This document shows, in pieces, positions 1-13,564 of a stretch of DNA of 64,000 bases. Each line of letters begins with the position of its first letter. Positions within the stretch are counted from its first letter, which is position 1. A program made the position numbers and the translations under genes. The DNA comes from a virus, in IMG/VR virus record IMGVR_UViG_3300045988_012220, positions 32,001-96,000 of that record. One strand, written 5' to 3'. The notes below the pieces were generated by a model that saw only the letters and a list, made by a program, of their open reading frames with translations, made no database searches and had not been told where the DNA came from.

Positions 1-633
1 GTGTTGTAGAAAACAAGATAGCTAATATTAAGCCTGCTACTAAAGAAGAGCTTGGTGCAGTAAAGGTTGGTGATGGTCTTAATGTTACTGATGGTACTAT
101 AAGTGTTGATACTACTGCTATAGGTGCTGGCAACTATGTTCCTTATGAAGCTTTTTCAAACAACACTTACTATTTACAGAATGGCATTGGTTTTGGCTAC
201 TAGAGGGCAGAATGTACATCCATAACTAATAGAGAGATATTTGTCAGAAGTAGTACTAAAAATCATATAAAAATTAATGGTAACTATCTGCTTTTTTCGA
301 ATGATGATGGCTCCACAATGAGTTTTAATAGCCAACGTGGTGAAATTGAAATAAACCGTAGTACTTCTAATGGAATCGAAAGTGCACTTAATATAAGCAA
401 ATCTGGTATATATATGTATGGTGTCGGAAAGAACCGTGTATTAACTGCCGATGCTAAAACTATAGATATAACCCAATATGCATTGAAGTCAGAACTCCCT
501 ACTGTTCCTACAAAGATTAGTCAGCTCTAGAATGATAGCGAGTTTATTGCTAAGTCAGTGTATGATGAAAAGATTGCAGCACTTGAAGCTCGTATTGCGG
601 CACTTGAAGCTAAACATGCAGAAGCTGTTTAAT
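1..633 (+). CDS. tail fibre protein, C-terminal part (5' end lies outside the window)
   Basis: Frame 3 is open from the window edge to TAA 631-633 if TAG 201-203 and 528-530 are sense. Contains the fibre-type repeat KEELGAVKVGDGLNVTDGTISVD and a C-terminal AALEARIAALEAK coiled coil. Confidence 0.7.
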
Positions 634-645
634 AAAATAAAAACT

Positions 646-669
646 AACGTTAAAAAAGATTTTAACGTT
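646..669 (+). terminator. hairpin after the fibre gene (AACGTTAAAA / TTTTAACGTT, loop AAGA)
   Basis: Perfect 10-bp inverted repeat starting 13 nt after the TAA stop. The downstream T tract is only short. Confidence 0.45.
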
Positions 670-884
670 TAAGCTAGGTCTTAATGGAAGCATGACGGGG
701 CTCGCTGCCCCGCCTAGCACAACAGATTCTACCACGCCTCCTTCCAAATGCGTACCAGGGTAGGACTTTTATCACTCCTAGGTGGAATATACTAGGACAC
801 GCGTAGCAATACGCTTATATTTAACGGGACTAGGATTAATCCAGTCCTAGTTCCATATTGTTTTACTTTTAAAACTTAAAGACT
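670..884 (+). other. structured CTAG-rich intergenic element (candidate ncRNA or regulatory leader)
   Basis: About 215 nt with no convincing ORF and locally GC-rich. Hairpins at 696-712 (CGGGGC/GCCCCG), 801-814 (GCGTA-GCAA-TACGC, a GNRA loop) and 827-847. CTAG occurs six times, with repeated TAGGAC/ACTAGGA motifs. Confidence 0.35.
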
Positions 885-1697
885 GTGGATACAATAGAGA
901 AAGTTTATTGTACAGGACACGACAATAACGACGCTTTAGTAGCCGCTTTGGCTTCTAAGAATAACTGTGATCCAATGGCTATGGCAGCCATGATGAATCA
1001 GAATGATTACATGAATAACCCATTTGCTTACCTTATCTGGATGATCTTCGCTATGCGTATGTGGAACAACCAGGATGGTAACAACCAGGGCAATACAATT
1101 CAGAGTCAGCTTGACGCAATGCGTTCGCAGATCGCTGATAATCAGAATAGTTCATTAGTAATGGATGCCATAAGAGGCAACGCTAACGCAATTACCCAGT
1201 TAGCCTCTAACCTGAATTGTGATTTCAACGCATTGAATAGTGCTATTTGCTGCGTTAAGTCTGGAATTCAGGAAGTAGCAGGTAATGTTAACTTCTCTGC
1301 AGAACGCGTTATTAACGCTATTAACCTCGGAGATGCTAATCTTACATCTGCATTGCAGAACTGCTGCTGCCAGACGCAATAGAACATTATCAAGATGGGC
1401 TACGAGAATCAACTTGGGCAGAAGGACATCGTTAACCAGATGCAGACAGGTTTCAGCTACACAAACGCAGGTTTGGAGAGAGCTGCAAGTAACCTTGGTT
1501 TCCAGATGAGTTAGATGGCTTGCGATCTTAAGACGAACGCAAACGCAAATACTCAGAGAATTGTAGATGTATTGAATAATCATTGGCAGTCAGATTTGCA
1601 GTAGAGATACAATGATGCACGTCTTGAATTATCACAGTAGAAACAGAATGCTACCCTTATAGCAGCACTTAAGACTACTGCAACAGCTACAGCTTAA
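885..1697 (+). CDS. hypothetical Asn/Gln/Cys-rich protein (270 aa)
   Basis: ORF 885-1382 continues in frame through TAG 1380, 1509, 1602 and 1638 to TAA 1695-1697. The start is uncertain: GTG 885 is the first possible start after an in-frame TAA at 870. Contains CC and CCC clusters (SAICCVK, NCCCQ). Confidence 0.6.
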
Positions 1698-1718
1698 TTA
1701 AGTTTTAAATTATATGTG

Positions 1719-1740
1719 AGGGCTCCTTCGGGAGCCTTTA
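1719..1740 (+). terminator. rho-independent-type terminator (GGCTCC-TTCG-GGAGCC + TTT)
   Basis: GC stem with a TTCG loop followed by T residues, 22 nt after the stop. Confidence 0.6.
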
Positions 1741-1760
1741 CATAATAAATATGACATAAT

Positions 1761-2264
1761 ATGGCATTTAAAGATGTAAAACAAAATTATTCAATTTACA
1801 TATTGAATAAACAGGATATATCTATTACCGATGGTAAGGTTATATCAGTTGGCTTTCCTCACATGGATTTGAATAACAAACCAACTATTGGTCAGTCTTA
1901 GATGGTTATCGATGTAACTATAGAGTCCAATGGTAAAACTGCGACATATACAATTCCAGAAAATCTTTCTGTTACATACGCAGGAGACATTGTGCTTTCT
2001 ACAGACAAACAAGGACTTATAGCAGAAGTTGAATCCATGAAGAATACTGCTGAAAAGATTCTTGAATCTGTTCCAAAGCAGAAAGAGGTTGTCGAAAAAG
2101 CAACATCTTTGCTATCTGATCTTAATCCAATATACAAGGAAAAGAAGGAGACTGAGTAGCGATTTGCTAAGATAGAAGAAACTATCAACAGAATGGAATC
2201 AACTGTAACTAACTTTATTAATTCGTTTCACAATGGACAAGGTAATAGTAATACGGCATAGTGA
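1761..2264 (+). CDS. hypothetical protein (167 aa)
   Basis: ATG 1761 is in frame with track ORF 1902-2159. TAG is read through at 1899, 2157 and 2259. The gene ends TAG-TGA (2259-2264). Confidence 0.65.
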
Positions 2265-2718
2265 TGAAGAATTGCCAAATACAAAGTATACTGCTAATGT
2301 GAAAAAGAACGAAGATGGCAGTTATACAGCTAGCCTAGATATTTCAAAGTAGAGCGATTACAAAGATTATGTAAATAAAAATGGATTACATTTTACAAAG
2401 TCGTTACAAGAATATGCTAGCAAATAGATGGTTAATTCAAATGGGTTAGAACATACATGGACTCCAGAACAGGTTCAAAATGTATGTAATGTTCTCAATT
2501 TAAAGATACCAAGTACATCAACAATATATGATGTTACATATACAGCAAACATGGCTTACGCTGATTTCTATCCAGAGCTGCTTACTGAACACTAGTGCGT
2601 TAAGTATGCAATGGCAGTTGCAAACGATGAAGATGGATATGAAGGAATATAGTTTTGTAGATGGGTTGCTGATGTGATGGCAAAGAATGAAAATATAGAT
2701 TGGGAGAAATTTAAGTAA
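2233..2718 (+). CDS. hypothetical protein (161 aa)
   Basis: ATG 2233 in frame 1 is open to TAA 2716-2718 with four in-frame TAG. It overlaps the previous gene by 32 nt. Confidence 0.5.
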
Positions 2719-2796
2719 TCTTTAACTGTGGCGTTTTAGACGTAGTCTTCAATGACACCACAGTACTATAATTAATAATAATTTAAACGAATTAAC

Positions 2797-5577
2797 ATGA
2801 CTGAATTACTATCATAGAATGATTAGGTTATCGAGAAGAAACCAAATCCAATCGAAGAGCTTAATACAACGATGGCTTAGTATTATTCTGTATTACATTC
2901 TAAGATTTATAATCACGAGAGTAATACTGATATACACGTAACTTCAGATGATAAAAACACCTGGAATAATAAAGCCAATTAGTCTGATTTAGAATCTGTT
3001 AAAGAATATGCTGATAGTTTAAAGTAGTCTTTAGATAAAGTTAAGCCAGATATAATTAAGGAAGTCGAGACTATGATAGATAATAGTAAAGACATTAATT
3101 TATCTGACTACGCCACAAAGGTTTATGTAGACGCTTAGATTGATGCGCTTAATATAAGTGATGACATTGCTACAAAAACATGGGTGTCAAATAACTTTGT
3201 AAACTCTACAAATTATCAAAGATTTGATTCTACAAAGTATTATACAAAAGATGAAATTGATAATAAAATTGCAGGAGCAAATGTAGATAACTATCAGATA
3301 ACGGAATTTAGTTTGGCTAATAACTATCTTAACCTTACATAGAACAACGGTATATCAACACAGGTAAAACTGTCTGATGTATCTGGTGGAGCAATAACTA
3401 GCGATAATTTGGATAGAAAGCTATAGGACTATTTAAAGATATCTGCTATAGGAAACATTACGTTTACTAGAGGAGGAAGAATAGTTACGACATGGAATCC
3501 TGCTGCAGAAAATGCCACCGTGGAACTTTCTGGAGGAAGTGGATCAGATTCTTAGAGTGGAGGATATTATAAACCATACTTTAAGAATTATCCGTCAGAT
3601 GACAGCTTACCTACATCACAATTACCTGTAGTTGGATAGGATCCAGTAAATGCAGGATGGAGCTCTGTTAACGTAAACCCAGAACAAGGATACTTTACAT
3701 GGGAGATATGGGTATACATTAAAACCGGTGGTGGCTTTGGTGATATCATTGGTCCAGTTTGTATTTCTGGAAAAGACGGAGACAATGGCTCAGATGCTAC
3801 TGGAAAAGAATATATATATCAGCTAAATAATAATCAACCTACAAAGCCAACAATAAAACCAGCGTGGGGCGATGTTCCAGCTGGGTGGACTGATAATCCT
3901 ACAGGTATAGATTCTACTCATCGTGCAGAATGGATGATGTATAGAACATAGGACCCAGATGGAGTTATAAGTGATTGGCTTCCAGCTAAGGGCCCTGTAA
4001 TTTGGGCTCATTGGGGTAAAGATGGAACAGATGGTGATGGTGTGCAATATATATTCTGTGCTTTAAAACCTGGTGAAACAACAGCTGTATTTACAGGCGT
4101 AAATGATCCTACATCGTGGACAAATGATTCTGGCTTTTAGAATGGAAAAGCTGGAGAATACATTAAACCAGGATCTAGATGGACAGATAACCCAATAGAT
4201 ATTAAAACAGCAGTTGGTTATGGTTAGGGATCAAGCTAGTATGTAAGCATAAGAAGATATAGAGGATCTACAGGAAGTGCTGAAGATAATGACGGAAAGT
4301 GGCTGACATATAGCGAGCCTAGCTTGTGGACATACATGGCAAAGGATGGAGAAAGCTCCTCCCAGACATTAAAAGGATCGCCTTTAAGAAATAGAGGTGT
4401 ATGGCAGACTGGTGTACAATATTTTGATGGTACAACCTAGTCTGATGGAGGATTGTTTTATTAGGACTTTGTATCATACACTCATTCTGTAGTAGCTGAT
4501 GGAGCATCTAAGAATGTTACAGATTTCTACGTTTGCAAAAAACAGTGTGCAAGTATTGTCCCTACAAATACTGATTATTGGGATAAGCTTAGTGATATGG
4601 GTCCAATATACACTGACGTCCTTGTCGCTATGAAAGCATACATAAAAGAGCTTACAGCAGAAGAAGTTATAATCACAGATAACGAGAACATCGTAGCTGG
4701 TATGACTTCTGGCAATTCTGACAAAGTTTCATCTCAGGGCAATGTGAGAATATGGGCCGGCACAAATGATAAAAATGCTAGCAATATAGCTGAAGCTCCA
4801 TTTACTGTTACAGATAAAGGTGTATTAACATGTAGAGGAAACTATGGGAATATTATATTAAAAGACGGTACGATTTATTTCATAGTCGGCGGAGTAGAAT
4901 ATAAGTTAGGTATAACTAATGGCAAGCCAGATTGGATTAATAGTGCTGGAGCTGATTCAGTTGAACAATGGTATACTAAGGTTGAAACAGAGCACAACGT
5001 TTCATTTAGCGCTATTGATTCTTTTAGCATTAAAGACAACATTTATTATACAAGTGGTACAATGTCAGATATGGTAAATGGTACATATTATAAACGCGCA
5101 TCAAAAATAACGTGTTTGTACAATATTAGCGAGGGTGTTGTATTTACATTTAAAGACACATTTGGAATAGATATATATATCAAAGCAACATTTTCTAATG
5201 GTATTAAAGCAGTAGAAGGTGCAGTTGCTATCAGTGGATATGCTACTACAACGTCTACACCTACTTAGGACATTCCTGGAAAAATAAATATAGATACAAC
5301 TAGCAAATAGTGGTGTTCTATAGAGAAAGAAAGCAAGGATAGTTTGCCAAGTATGTATTATACAAAGGATACTCCTGTAGGTAAATTACACGAAGCTAGT
5401 TATCGTTCAGTTGATGATAGAAATATTACATATGGAAGTGGTACAGAAGATGGTATATATGTAATAAAGCCAGCGCCAAAAGAAACTGTAAGCACAGATA
5501 GAAAAATATCAATATTTGTCGACGAGTCTTCTGAGTAGAATGTATTTAAACCAACAGTAACAACAGTATCATTATAA
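2797..5577 (+). CDS. tail fibre / spike protein (926 aa)
   Basis: ATG 2797 is in the same frame as track ORFs 4597-5268 and 5344-5538. Only TAG interrupts the frame and the stop is TAA 5575-5577. Contains fibre-like motifs such as WTDNPTGIDSTHRAEWMMYR and WGKDGTDGDG. Confidence 0.8.
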
Positions 5578-6086
5578 TGTTTGACATAGTACAGAATAAG
5601 ATACAGTTAAGTACAGAAGATTTAGCTATACCACCATTTAAAGACTTCTATAATAATGCAAAAGATAAGCAAGACGCATTAAAGAAGATAGAATTCATAG
5701 TGTGGAGATATAAATGGAATAGCCCATATGAGGCATACCCAGAGAAAGAGCGCACATGGAGAGTAGCTAAAGATGTACTTAATGATGAGAATTACAAACC
5801 TGATGACGTTGTAAAAGAATTAGCAAAAAGGTTTCAGGAGTTTCAAGAGACTCCTGCTACCCGCCTGCTTAAATCTTCTAAGAGCGCAGCAGAGGGCATT
5901 ATGAACACGATGGATAGCTATGCTGAAGAAGAGCTTGATATAGATACAGCTAAGAAGCTTTCTGCTATATTAAAAGATGTTAGCGGTATTATCAAGTCGT
6001 TAGACATGGCTACGAAGTAGGCAAAAGCAGAACAAGCAGAAACCGGTAGAGTCAAGGGTGGTGGCGTTATTGGTATGTACGAATAA
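5577..6086 (+). CDS. hypothetical protein immediately upstream of terL (small-terminase position), 169 aa
   Basis: The ATG overlaps the previous TAA (TAATG). One in-frame TAG at 6018. Stop is TAA 6084-6086. The function is suggested by position only. Confidence 0.7.
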
Positions 6087-6088
6087 TT

Positions 6089-8152
6089 ATGATAGACTTT
6101 AATTAGAAGCTCCATGATACTGATAAATTCAGATAGGCGGCTATCTTCTTTCAGCAACATGGATGTTATACCTTAGCTCCTAGAGGTACTACTGATTATA
6201 ATAAATATTGGGAGCAAGAGACAGATAGATGCCTTAACGGTTATACAGCTCCAGATGGAGAGGGTATAACTGGATACAACTACTTCTATCTAAATTATAG
6301 TCCAATCATGCGACTTAAGGAAGAAGAGTATACTGATAGAGAGGGTAACCTTAGAAAGAGAAGATAGCGTATACTTGAATTCCCTAGTTTTTGGGACTAT
6401 GATTACTATTATTTTTGCGCTATAGAACAAGCAGAGTTAGAAGGTAAACATATGGCTGTGCTTAAGTGTAGACAGAGAGGATACTCATTTAAGGGAGGAT
6501 CGATGCTAGTTAGAAACTATATGCTTATACCAGGCTCGAAGAACTTTGCTATAGCATCAGAGTAGAAATTCCTTATAGGTGATGGTTTGTTAACTAAAGC
6601 CTGGCAAATAATGGACTTCCTTGATAAACATACAGCGTGGGCTAAACAAAGACTTGTGTCTACACGTATGGAAAGAACATCAGGTTATAAGATTACCGAT
6701 GAGTTCGGTAAGTAGACTGAGCAAGGATACTTATCTAGCATAACAGGTATAACACTTAAGAACGACCCAGAGCGTGTGCGTGGTACTCGTGCTAAACTTG
6801 TACTATGGGAGGAGGGAGGTAAATTCCCTAGTCTTCTTGATGCATGGCGTATAGAACAACCTTCAGTAGAAACCGACGATGGTAAAGCGTTCGGATTGAT
6901 GATAGTTTTTGGAACTGGAGGTACCGAGGGATCGTCTTTCGAAGGATTGAAAGAATTGTTTTATAAACCTAAATCTTACAATGTTCTCAGCTTTCCTAAT
7001 ATATGGGATGAAGGTAGAGAGAGTACAGAATGCGGATTCTTTGTTCCAGCTTATTCAAACCTAGAATCATTCGATGATGATGGTAATTAGGTATATATGG
7101 ACAAGGATGGTAATAGCTACAAAGAGAAAGCTATAGAGAACCTTATAGATCAGAGGAATAAAGTAAAGGACGGTGGTGCTAGCTAGCAATCTATAGACCG
7201 TTTTATATCAGAGCGCCCTATAAAGCCAGCAGAGGCTGTATTGGAGCTTGGTAAGAACATATTCCCTAGAAAGTTATTGATGGACCAGCTAACAAGAATA
7301 AGGACCAATAAGAAGCTTCAAAGCATGAAGCATATAGTTGATCTAGAATGGGATGGGAATGGTCAGGTAAAGGCTACAGAAAAGCCTAGTGGGGATATAA
7401 CTAACTATCCTCTTAAGAAGGGCGATAAGCCTCATGGATCTGTAGTTATATGGGAGTACCCAGTAAAGGATCCGCCGCATGGTTTATATATAGGAGGATG
7501 TGACCCATATGACCACGATGATAGCTTCACAAACTCACTTGGTTCTACATTCATATTTAAGCGTGTGAGAGCTGGTGAAGCTTGGACAGATGTAATAGTA
7601 GCAGAATATTCTGGAAGACCAGATACAGCAGAAGAGTACTATGAGAATGTACGCAAGCTACTTACGTTCTACAATGCTAGATTATTATTTGAGAATGAAA
7701 GAAAAGGAATCTACCCTTACTTTACGAATAAACACTGCGATTACCTCCTGGCTGATTAGCCAGATAAAATCATATCTGAAGTCTTTAAAGACAGTAAAGT
7801 ACAAAGAAGAAAAGGATGTCACATGACCAAACAGATTAGGGCATATGGCGAAGGATTGATATTAGAGTGGCTATTAGATGAATTTGAAGAAGGTCACCCT
7901 AATGTAGAAAGAGTATACAGCGAACCTCTAATAGAAGAGCTTATAGAAAACGATGGTGTACGAAACGTAGACCGTGTTATAGCTTTATGTATGGTAATGA
8001 TATACAGAGAGGAGCTCTATTAGGTAAAGGTGTCGTCTGCAAAAGAACAAAACAAATAGGTTGAACTCTTCGAGATGCCGTTATTTAGCAAACAATGGTT
8101 TGAAGAAGATAGCAGCACAAGTGAAGACGGTATGCCGATATTCACATTTTAA
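6089..8152 (+). CDS. terL: terminase large subunit (687 aa)
   Basis: ATG 6089 is in frame with track ORFs 6776-7090, 7241-7759 and 7823-8023. Contains ATPase-like KCRQRGYSFKGG and KLVLWEEGG motifs plus a nuclease-region FGTGG. Stop is TAA 8150-8152. Confidence 0.9.
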
Positions 8153-8155
8153 TAC

Positions 8156-10639
8156 ATGGAAGATAACTTATACAATTCAGCTTTCCCCAGACAAAAGCTC
8201 CCTCTTTCAAAGAAAGGAAAGAAGTGGCAAGAAGACTGCGTTAACTATATTATAGGTGAAGGTAACGTAACGTCTGGAGGAAATAGTACATCATATTACG
8301 GAGAGCTGTAGACCTATTATAACTTATATAACAGCATCTTCGACGAGAAGGATTTTAAATCAATTACAAACCCATTCAAGGTCGAGGATGGTTTTCCTGC
8401 TACTCCTCACGACTTTAATATCATTAGACCTAAGGTAGATTTGCTTATAGGTGAGGAGACAAAGAGACCTCTTAATTTCAGAGTCATCAGAACTTCATAG
8501 GAGGCTACATCAGAAATGCAGGAGAAAGAGAAGTAGATGATTCTACAATACATAGAAGCAGCTATCACAGCCAGAATGAGTCCAGAAGAGGCCCAATAGT
8601 TTCAGGAGTAGCTACAGTCTGGAGAGGTTATGCCACCAGAGTAGATAGCTAAGTATATGGACAAAGACTATAAAGATATTGTAGAGAATACAGCGTATCA
8701 TACGCTTACATATCTGAGAGAGAAACTTGATCTTGACAATGAGTTTATCAAAGGCTGGAAAGATGGATTGATCTCAGGTAGAGAAATTTATTATGTTGGC
8801 GTACTTAATGCAGAGCCATATGTTGAAAGAGTTAATCCTATATACTTCTCTTATGACAAGAGCCCAGACTTGGAGTTTGTTGAGGATGGCTCATGGTGCT
8901 GTAGAAAGATGCGTATGCCTATTACTGAAGTATACGATAGATACTACGATAAGCTTGAAGAGAAAGATCTTGACAAGCTTGAGGAAATGATTGGTTCTAC
9001 TCCTGGTAGAAATCTTGGAGATAGAAGCCCTGTTGATATGGGTATACAATTACGCATATACGATAACCCTATATTCGAAGGAGCCGGTAAGTCCCTTGTA
9101 AACGTATGGCATTGTTGCTGGAAGTCTTTCAAGAAGATCTTCTACGTAACTACTACAGACGATGCAGGATAGCCTCAGATTAACATAGTTGATGAAACGT
9201 ATCAGCCTGTTGGTAATGAGATTAGTGTAGAACCAGATTGGATTGTAGAGGTATGGGAAGGATATAGAGCTGGTAGTGACTTGTACTTTGGTATACAGCC
9301 TATTGAATACCAGCACGTAAGTATTGATAACCCTAATAGCTAGAAGCTTCCTTATTGTGGAGCTATTTATAGTAACACAAATAGTAAGCCTAGATCATTG
9401 GTTAGTATTCTTAAGCCATTACAGTACATGTACATTGTATTGTGGTATAGACTTGAGTTAGCTATTGCTAGAGACAAGGGCAAGGTTGTTAATATGGATA
9501 TTACATAGATTCCTAAGTCTATGAATATTAGCCCTGCTAAGTGGATGCATTACTTGTCTAGCGTTGGCGTTAACTTCATTAACCCATACGAAGAAGGCTG
9601 GAATATCCCAGGAAGAGAAGGTGGTAAGCCTGCATAGTTCAATCAGATAACAGCTTTGGATCTTACAATGTCTAACGTCATAGCTGAGTATATACAGCTT
9701 ATGGACAAGATAGAGGAACTTGCTGGTACAATCTCTGGTATCACAGCACAGCGTGAAGGAGCTGTAAGTTCATCAGAAATGGTAGGCAATGTAGAGAGAT
9801 CAGTTGTACAGAGCTCCCATATTACAGAGCCATTATTCTGGGTTCACAACCAGTGTAAGCGAAGAGTACTTAACATGCTCCTTAATACAGCTAAGGGTGC
9901 TTGGGAAGAGACTGGCAAAAAGAAGCTCCAGTACATCTTTGACAATGGAGAAAGAGCATTCTTGGACATTACTCCTAAGTTCTACTATGAGGATATGGAT
10001 GTCTTTGTAAGTGATACATCTAAAGATCTTGAGAACATATAGAAGCTTCAGCAGCTTATACAGCCAGCTATGCAGAATGGTGCTAGCTTACTTGAAGCAG
10101 CAGAGATTCTTACAAACGATAACTTTAACATCATTAAGCAGAAGCTTAAGGATATGTAGACTAGACAGGAGCAGATGCAGCAACAGCAGCAAGAGGCAGA
10201 GGCTCAGCAGCAACAGCAGTTGCAGCAGATGCAGAATGAAGCTAAATAGCAGGAGCTTATGTTACAGGAAGCTCAGATGGATCTTCAGAGATATCAGATT
10301 GATCAAGATAATCAGACAAAGATAGCTGTAGCATAGATTAATGCTTATCGTGGAACTGAAGATATGGATCAAAACGATAATGGAGTACCCGACGTTGCAG
10401 AGCTTGGCAAACAGGCTCTTGAGCAGCAAAAGATTAATCAGGAGGCTTATAATAAGCGTTATGAAGCTAAGTAGAAGCGTGAGATAGAAGATTAGAAGAT
10501 CTAGCTTGAGAAGGATAAAATGAAGCATGAGACAGAGCTGTAGTCTCAAAAAGATAAAGCTGCGATGGAAAGGGAATAGCTTAAAGCTAGAACCGCCATC
10601 CGCAATAAAACGAATGCGGAAGCTGCTAGAGGTAAGTGA
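8156..10639 (+). CDS. portal protein (827 aa)
   Basis: ATG 8156 is in frame with ORFs 8657-9172 and 9656-10042. I counted about 19 in-frame TAG by hand. The C-terminus is a Gln-rich coiled coil. Stop is TGA 10637-10639. The gene sits directly after terL. Confidence 0.85.
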
Positions 10640-10641
10640 TT

Positions 10642-11664
10642 ATGAAGTTTGATAATAAGACATTTTAGCAGAAGTATGAGGCGTGGAAGAATGGCGCTGA
10701 TTACTGGAAGGATATTAGAGGAATAAACTTGGGTGGAGACGCCCAGGCTGAGGAACCTAGCCCAGAAGAGCAGTAGTAGATTGATTAGAATGTATAGTCT
10801 ATACTTAATGCTTATAATGAAGGTAAAGATGTTAATATAGCTGAAGATATTATTAAACCATTACCTTTTGATACTCCATTAAATGAAGAACATCCAATAC
10901 TGCACAAATACAAAGGAGGTAAAAATGATTCTATTAATACTTTTGTTAACAGAATGGGCCCTCTTGTAGGACAATAGTTAAATAGATACGGATATGGCGA
11001 TACTGCGTTTTACAATGTAATGCGTTAGCTTGCATATGAATCAAACTACGGAAGGTCAAGAGTCGCTAGACAATAGCATAATTATGGAGGAGTAGGATGG
11101 AACGGCAAGACTTACACTACATATAAGAGTGACGCAGATTTTGTTAAGGACTATGTGAGGCTTATGCATAATAGATACGGAGCTGCGCTTAGAGCCAAAT
11201 CTACATAGGATTATGCAAGAGCCCTCAAGCAGAAGGGATATTATACAGATTCTCTAGAGAATTATTCTAGAAACCTTCGAGGAATGGATAGTTTAGTAAA
11301 GGCGGCTCATTACCACAGGAATGCACATAAAGATGCTTACAATTATAATGTTAAGCTTGATGATCTTGTATAGGATTATGAAGACGCAAAGAATACTAGC
11401 CCTATAATTATTAATTCCCCTTCTACAAAGTAGCCTAGTACTGTCAGAGTAGATGTTCCAGCAACTTTACTTGGTCCTACTTAGGAAGAGATTAAGGCTT
11501 AGCAATAGCGCGATCTTGATAAGTATAAACAGTAGATGTATAATAATATAACATAGCCTTCACTTCCGAACATACTTGATCTACTTCCTTAGAATAACTT
11601 TGGTAAAGATTCTTATGGCTAGAAGTTCTGGTAGAGAAGAGGAAATAATCTTAAACTAATGTAA
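10642..11664 (+). CDS. virion protein with a glucosaminidase (FlgJ/PF01832-like) peptidoglycan hydrolase domain (340 aa)
   Basis: The segment LAYESNYGRSRVARQQHNYGGVGW...YARALKQKGYYTDSLENY resembles the glucosaminidase family signature. Includes tandem TAG-TAG at 10774-10779. Stop is TAA 11662-11664. Confidence 0.7.
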
Positions 11665-11666
11665 TT

Positions 11667-13559
11667 ATGACACAGATGGAAAGTCCTAAGCGAAAGATGC
11701 AGAAGAAGAATGACTATCAGCGTCATAAGCTCTTTCGTAAGATTAAACGTAGAAGAAAAGCATAGGCTGAAGCAGAATAGCAGGTAGCTGAGAAATAGCT
11801 TAGAAAGAAACTTAAACTTCCTAAGTTTGGTGATGGTAAAGAAATAAAATCAGATGCAGGTGCTCCTTTAGAAGTTAAAGACGGAATGCTTTACTACAAG
11901 GAGACAGGGGAGCCATTTTATAATGCTGGGTTACAGTTACCTGAAGTAGAAGTTGTCGGAGATAAATCAAAAGTTAATCCATGGGCTGCTGCTGGTAGGC
12001 ACAATACGTCTTCATATTGGGATCCTAATGGTGTTGTTCATGGTTTTGATAAATCAGTAGAAGCTGCAATAAAATATCCAGCAATGATTGCAGAACAAAA
12101 CGGATACGATACATCTGGATATTACGACAAGGTCAACAAGATCGGGAAAGCCATGACAGTTTTATCGCCGACTAGATGGATTGGAACTTTGCGCGGAACA
12201 GGAATGCCATGGGAAGAGAGCAATTAGGGACTTTATGGCGGTTATGGAGAAACTGGAAGAGCCGCAGATTAGTTGTTTGATATAATGATAGGATCTAAGA
12301 TCGGTGAAAAATTTTCTGATAAAATTTAGAGCACCAAAGAATTGCTTGAATTATCAAAAGAGAATCACAATCCATTTAATAACGCTTTCACTAGATCTGT
12401 GTTATATAGTTATCTTCCTCCTGCTTCTTATTCAGCAAAAAAACTTGTTGCTCCAGCTCTTGCGTGGCCATATTATGTTTTAAAAGGTAGTGCACCAGAT
12501 ATTAATAAAGCGTTTTGGACTTAGAATAATTTTGCTGGCAAAGCTCTTAAAAATGTTTTTGAAAAAGCATATAATGTAGATGGAGATGTTGCTTTATAGG
12601 CAAGAGCTAACGCATATAGGAGGTATTTGAAATTGCCGCAATCTGGAGACTATCGATTTACATAGTCTGCAGCTGATGGAACAAAATTAACCAATATAGA
12701 TGCTTTAAAACAATTAAAAGGAAAAGGCTATGGTGGTGGAGCTAGAGATATAGAAGTAGTTAACGCTGGAACACCATTCGTTGATAAAGACTTTATTACT
12801 AGTGCCGGTGGAAACGTATCTGTTTCAACTAAATTGTTAAATAAAAAGCCAATAGAAGGCATTATAAAAGTAAACGATACTTGGGATTTAATGCCTGGAT
12901 AGAGAATAAATAAAAAGATATCTAATTTCTTTAATGAGTACAGAACTAAGTCTATAAATAAATTTGGCACGAGATTAAAATCCAAATCAAAAGACTTTAT
13001 CGGATATAGAAATTAGGACTTATTTGATAGAATGGATTACCCAGACTGGATGACAATAAGTCAGAAAATAAAGCTATCAGACATCATAGATAAAGGTGGC
13101 GCTACTAGAACGGCTACAAATAATAGTGGGCTAAGAGGAATGCTTGGTAGATCTGGAATAAAACTTGGAGATTATTTGTAGAATTTCAATTATAAAAATA
13201 CAAATCTTTATAATTATTTGAATAATTTGGAGGTTGGTAAATATATTGGCGCAGAACCATTTGATATACAATACGATCTTCCGTTCCATATTTAGGATCA
13301 TAAAATAAACATTGGTCTTGGTAGAACTCCAACTCCACTAGAAAATAAGATATATCCACAGCTTTTGCAATTTCATAATTCCGGTAAAGATATACATATA
13401 AAGAAATCTAAGCGTGGCACATTTACCAAAGCGGCTAAACAACATGGTATGAGTGTATAGAGCTTTGCTAATAAGGTTCTAAAGAATCCAAGTAAGTATA
13501 GTTCAGCTATGAGAAAGAAAGCCAACTTTGCACATAATGCAGCTAGTTGGAAGCATTAA
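11667..13559 (+). CDS. hypothetical virion protein (630 aa)
   Basis: TAATTATG junction at the start. In frame with ORFs 11886-12227 and 12342-12524. Stop is TAA 13557-13559. The C-terminus is basic (KRGTFTKAAKQHGMSVQSFANKVL...). Confidence 0.75.
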
Positions 13560-13564
13560 ACATT

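Noticed and set aside
692-925. An ORF from ATG 692 (about 78 codons with TAG as sense) in the structured intergenic region
   Set aside because: The sequence looks non-protein-like after a short Pro/Thr-rich start. It overlaps the next gene out of frame, and the region is better explained by its hairpins. It cannot be fully excluded.
2726-2763. The CTGTGG...CCACAG stem-loop after gene 2233-2718, considered as a terminator
   Set aside because: The stem is only 6 bp, closes a 26-nt loop, and has no T tract. That is too weak to list as a feature.
10140-10560. A CAG/CAA/TAG-rich stretch that looks like a simple repeat
   Set aside because: It is the in-frame Gln/Glu-rich coiled-coil C-terminus of the portal, not a tandem-repeat element.
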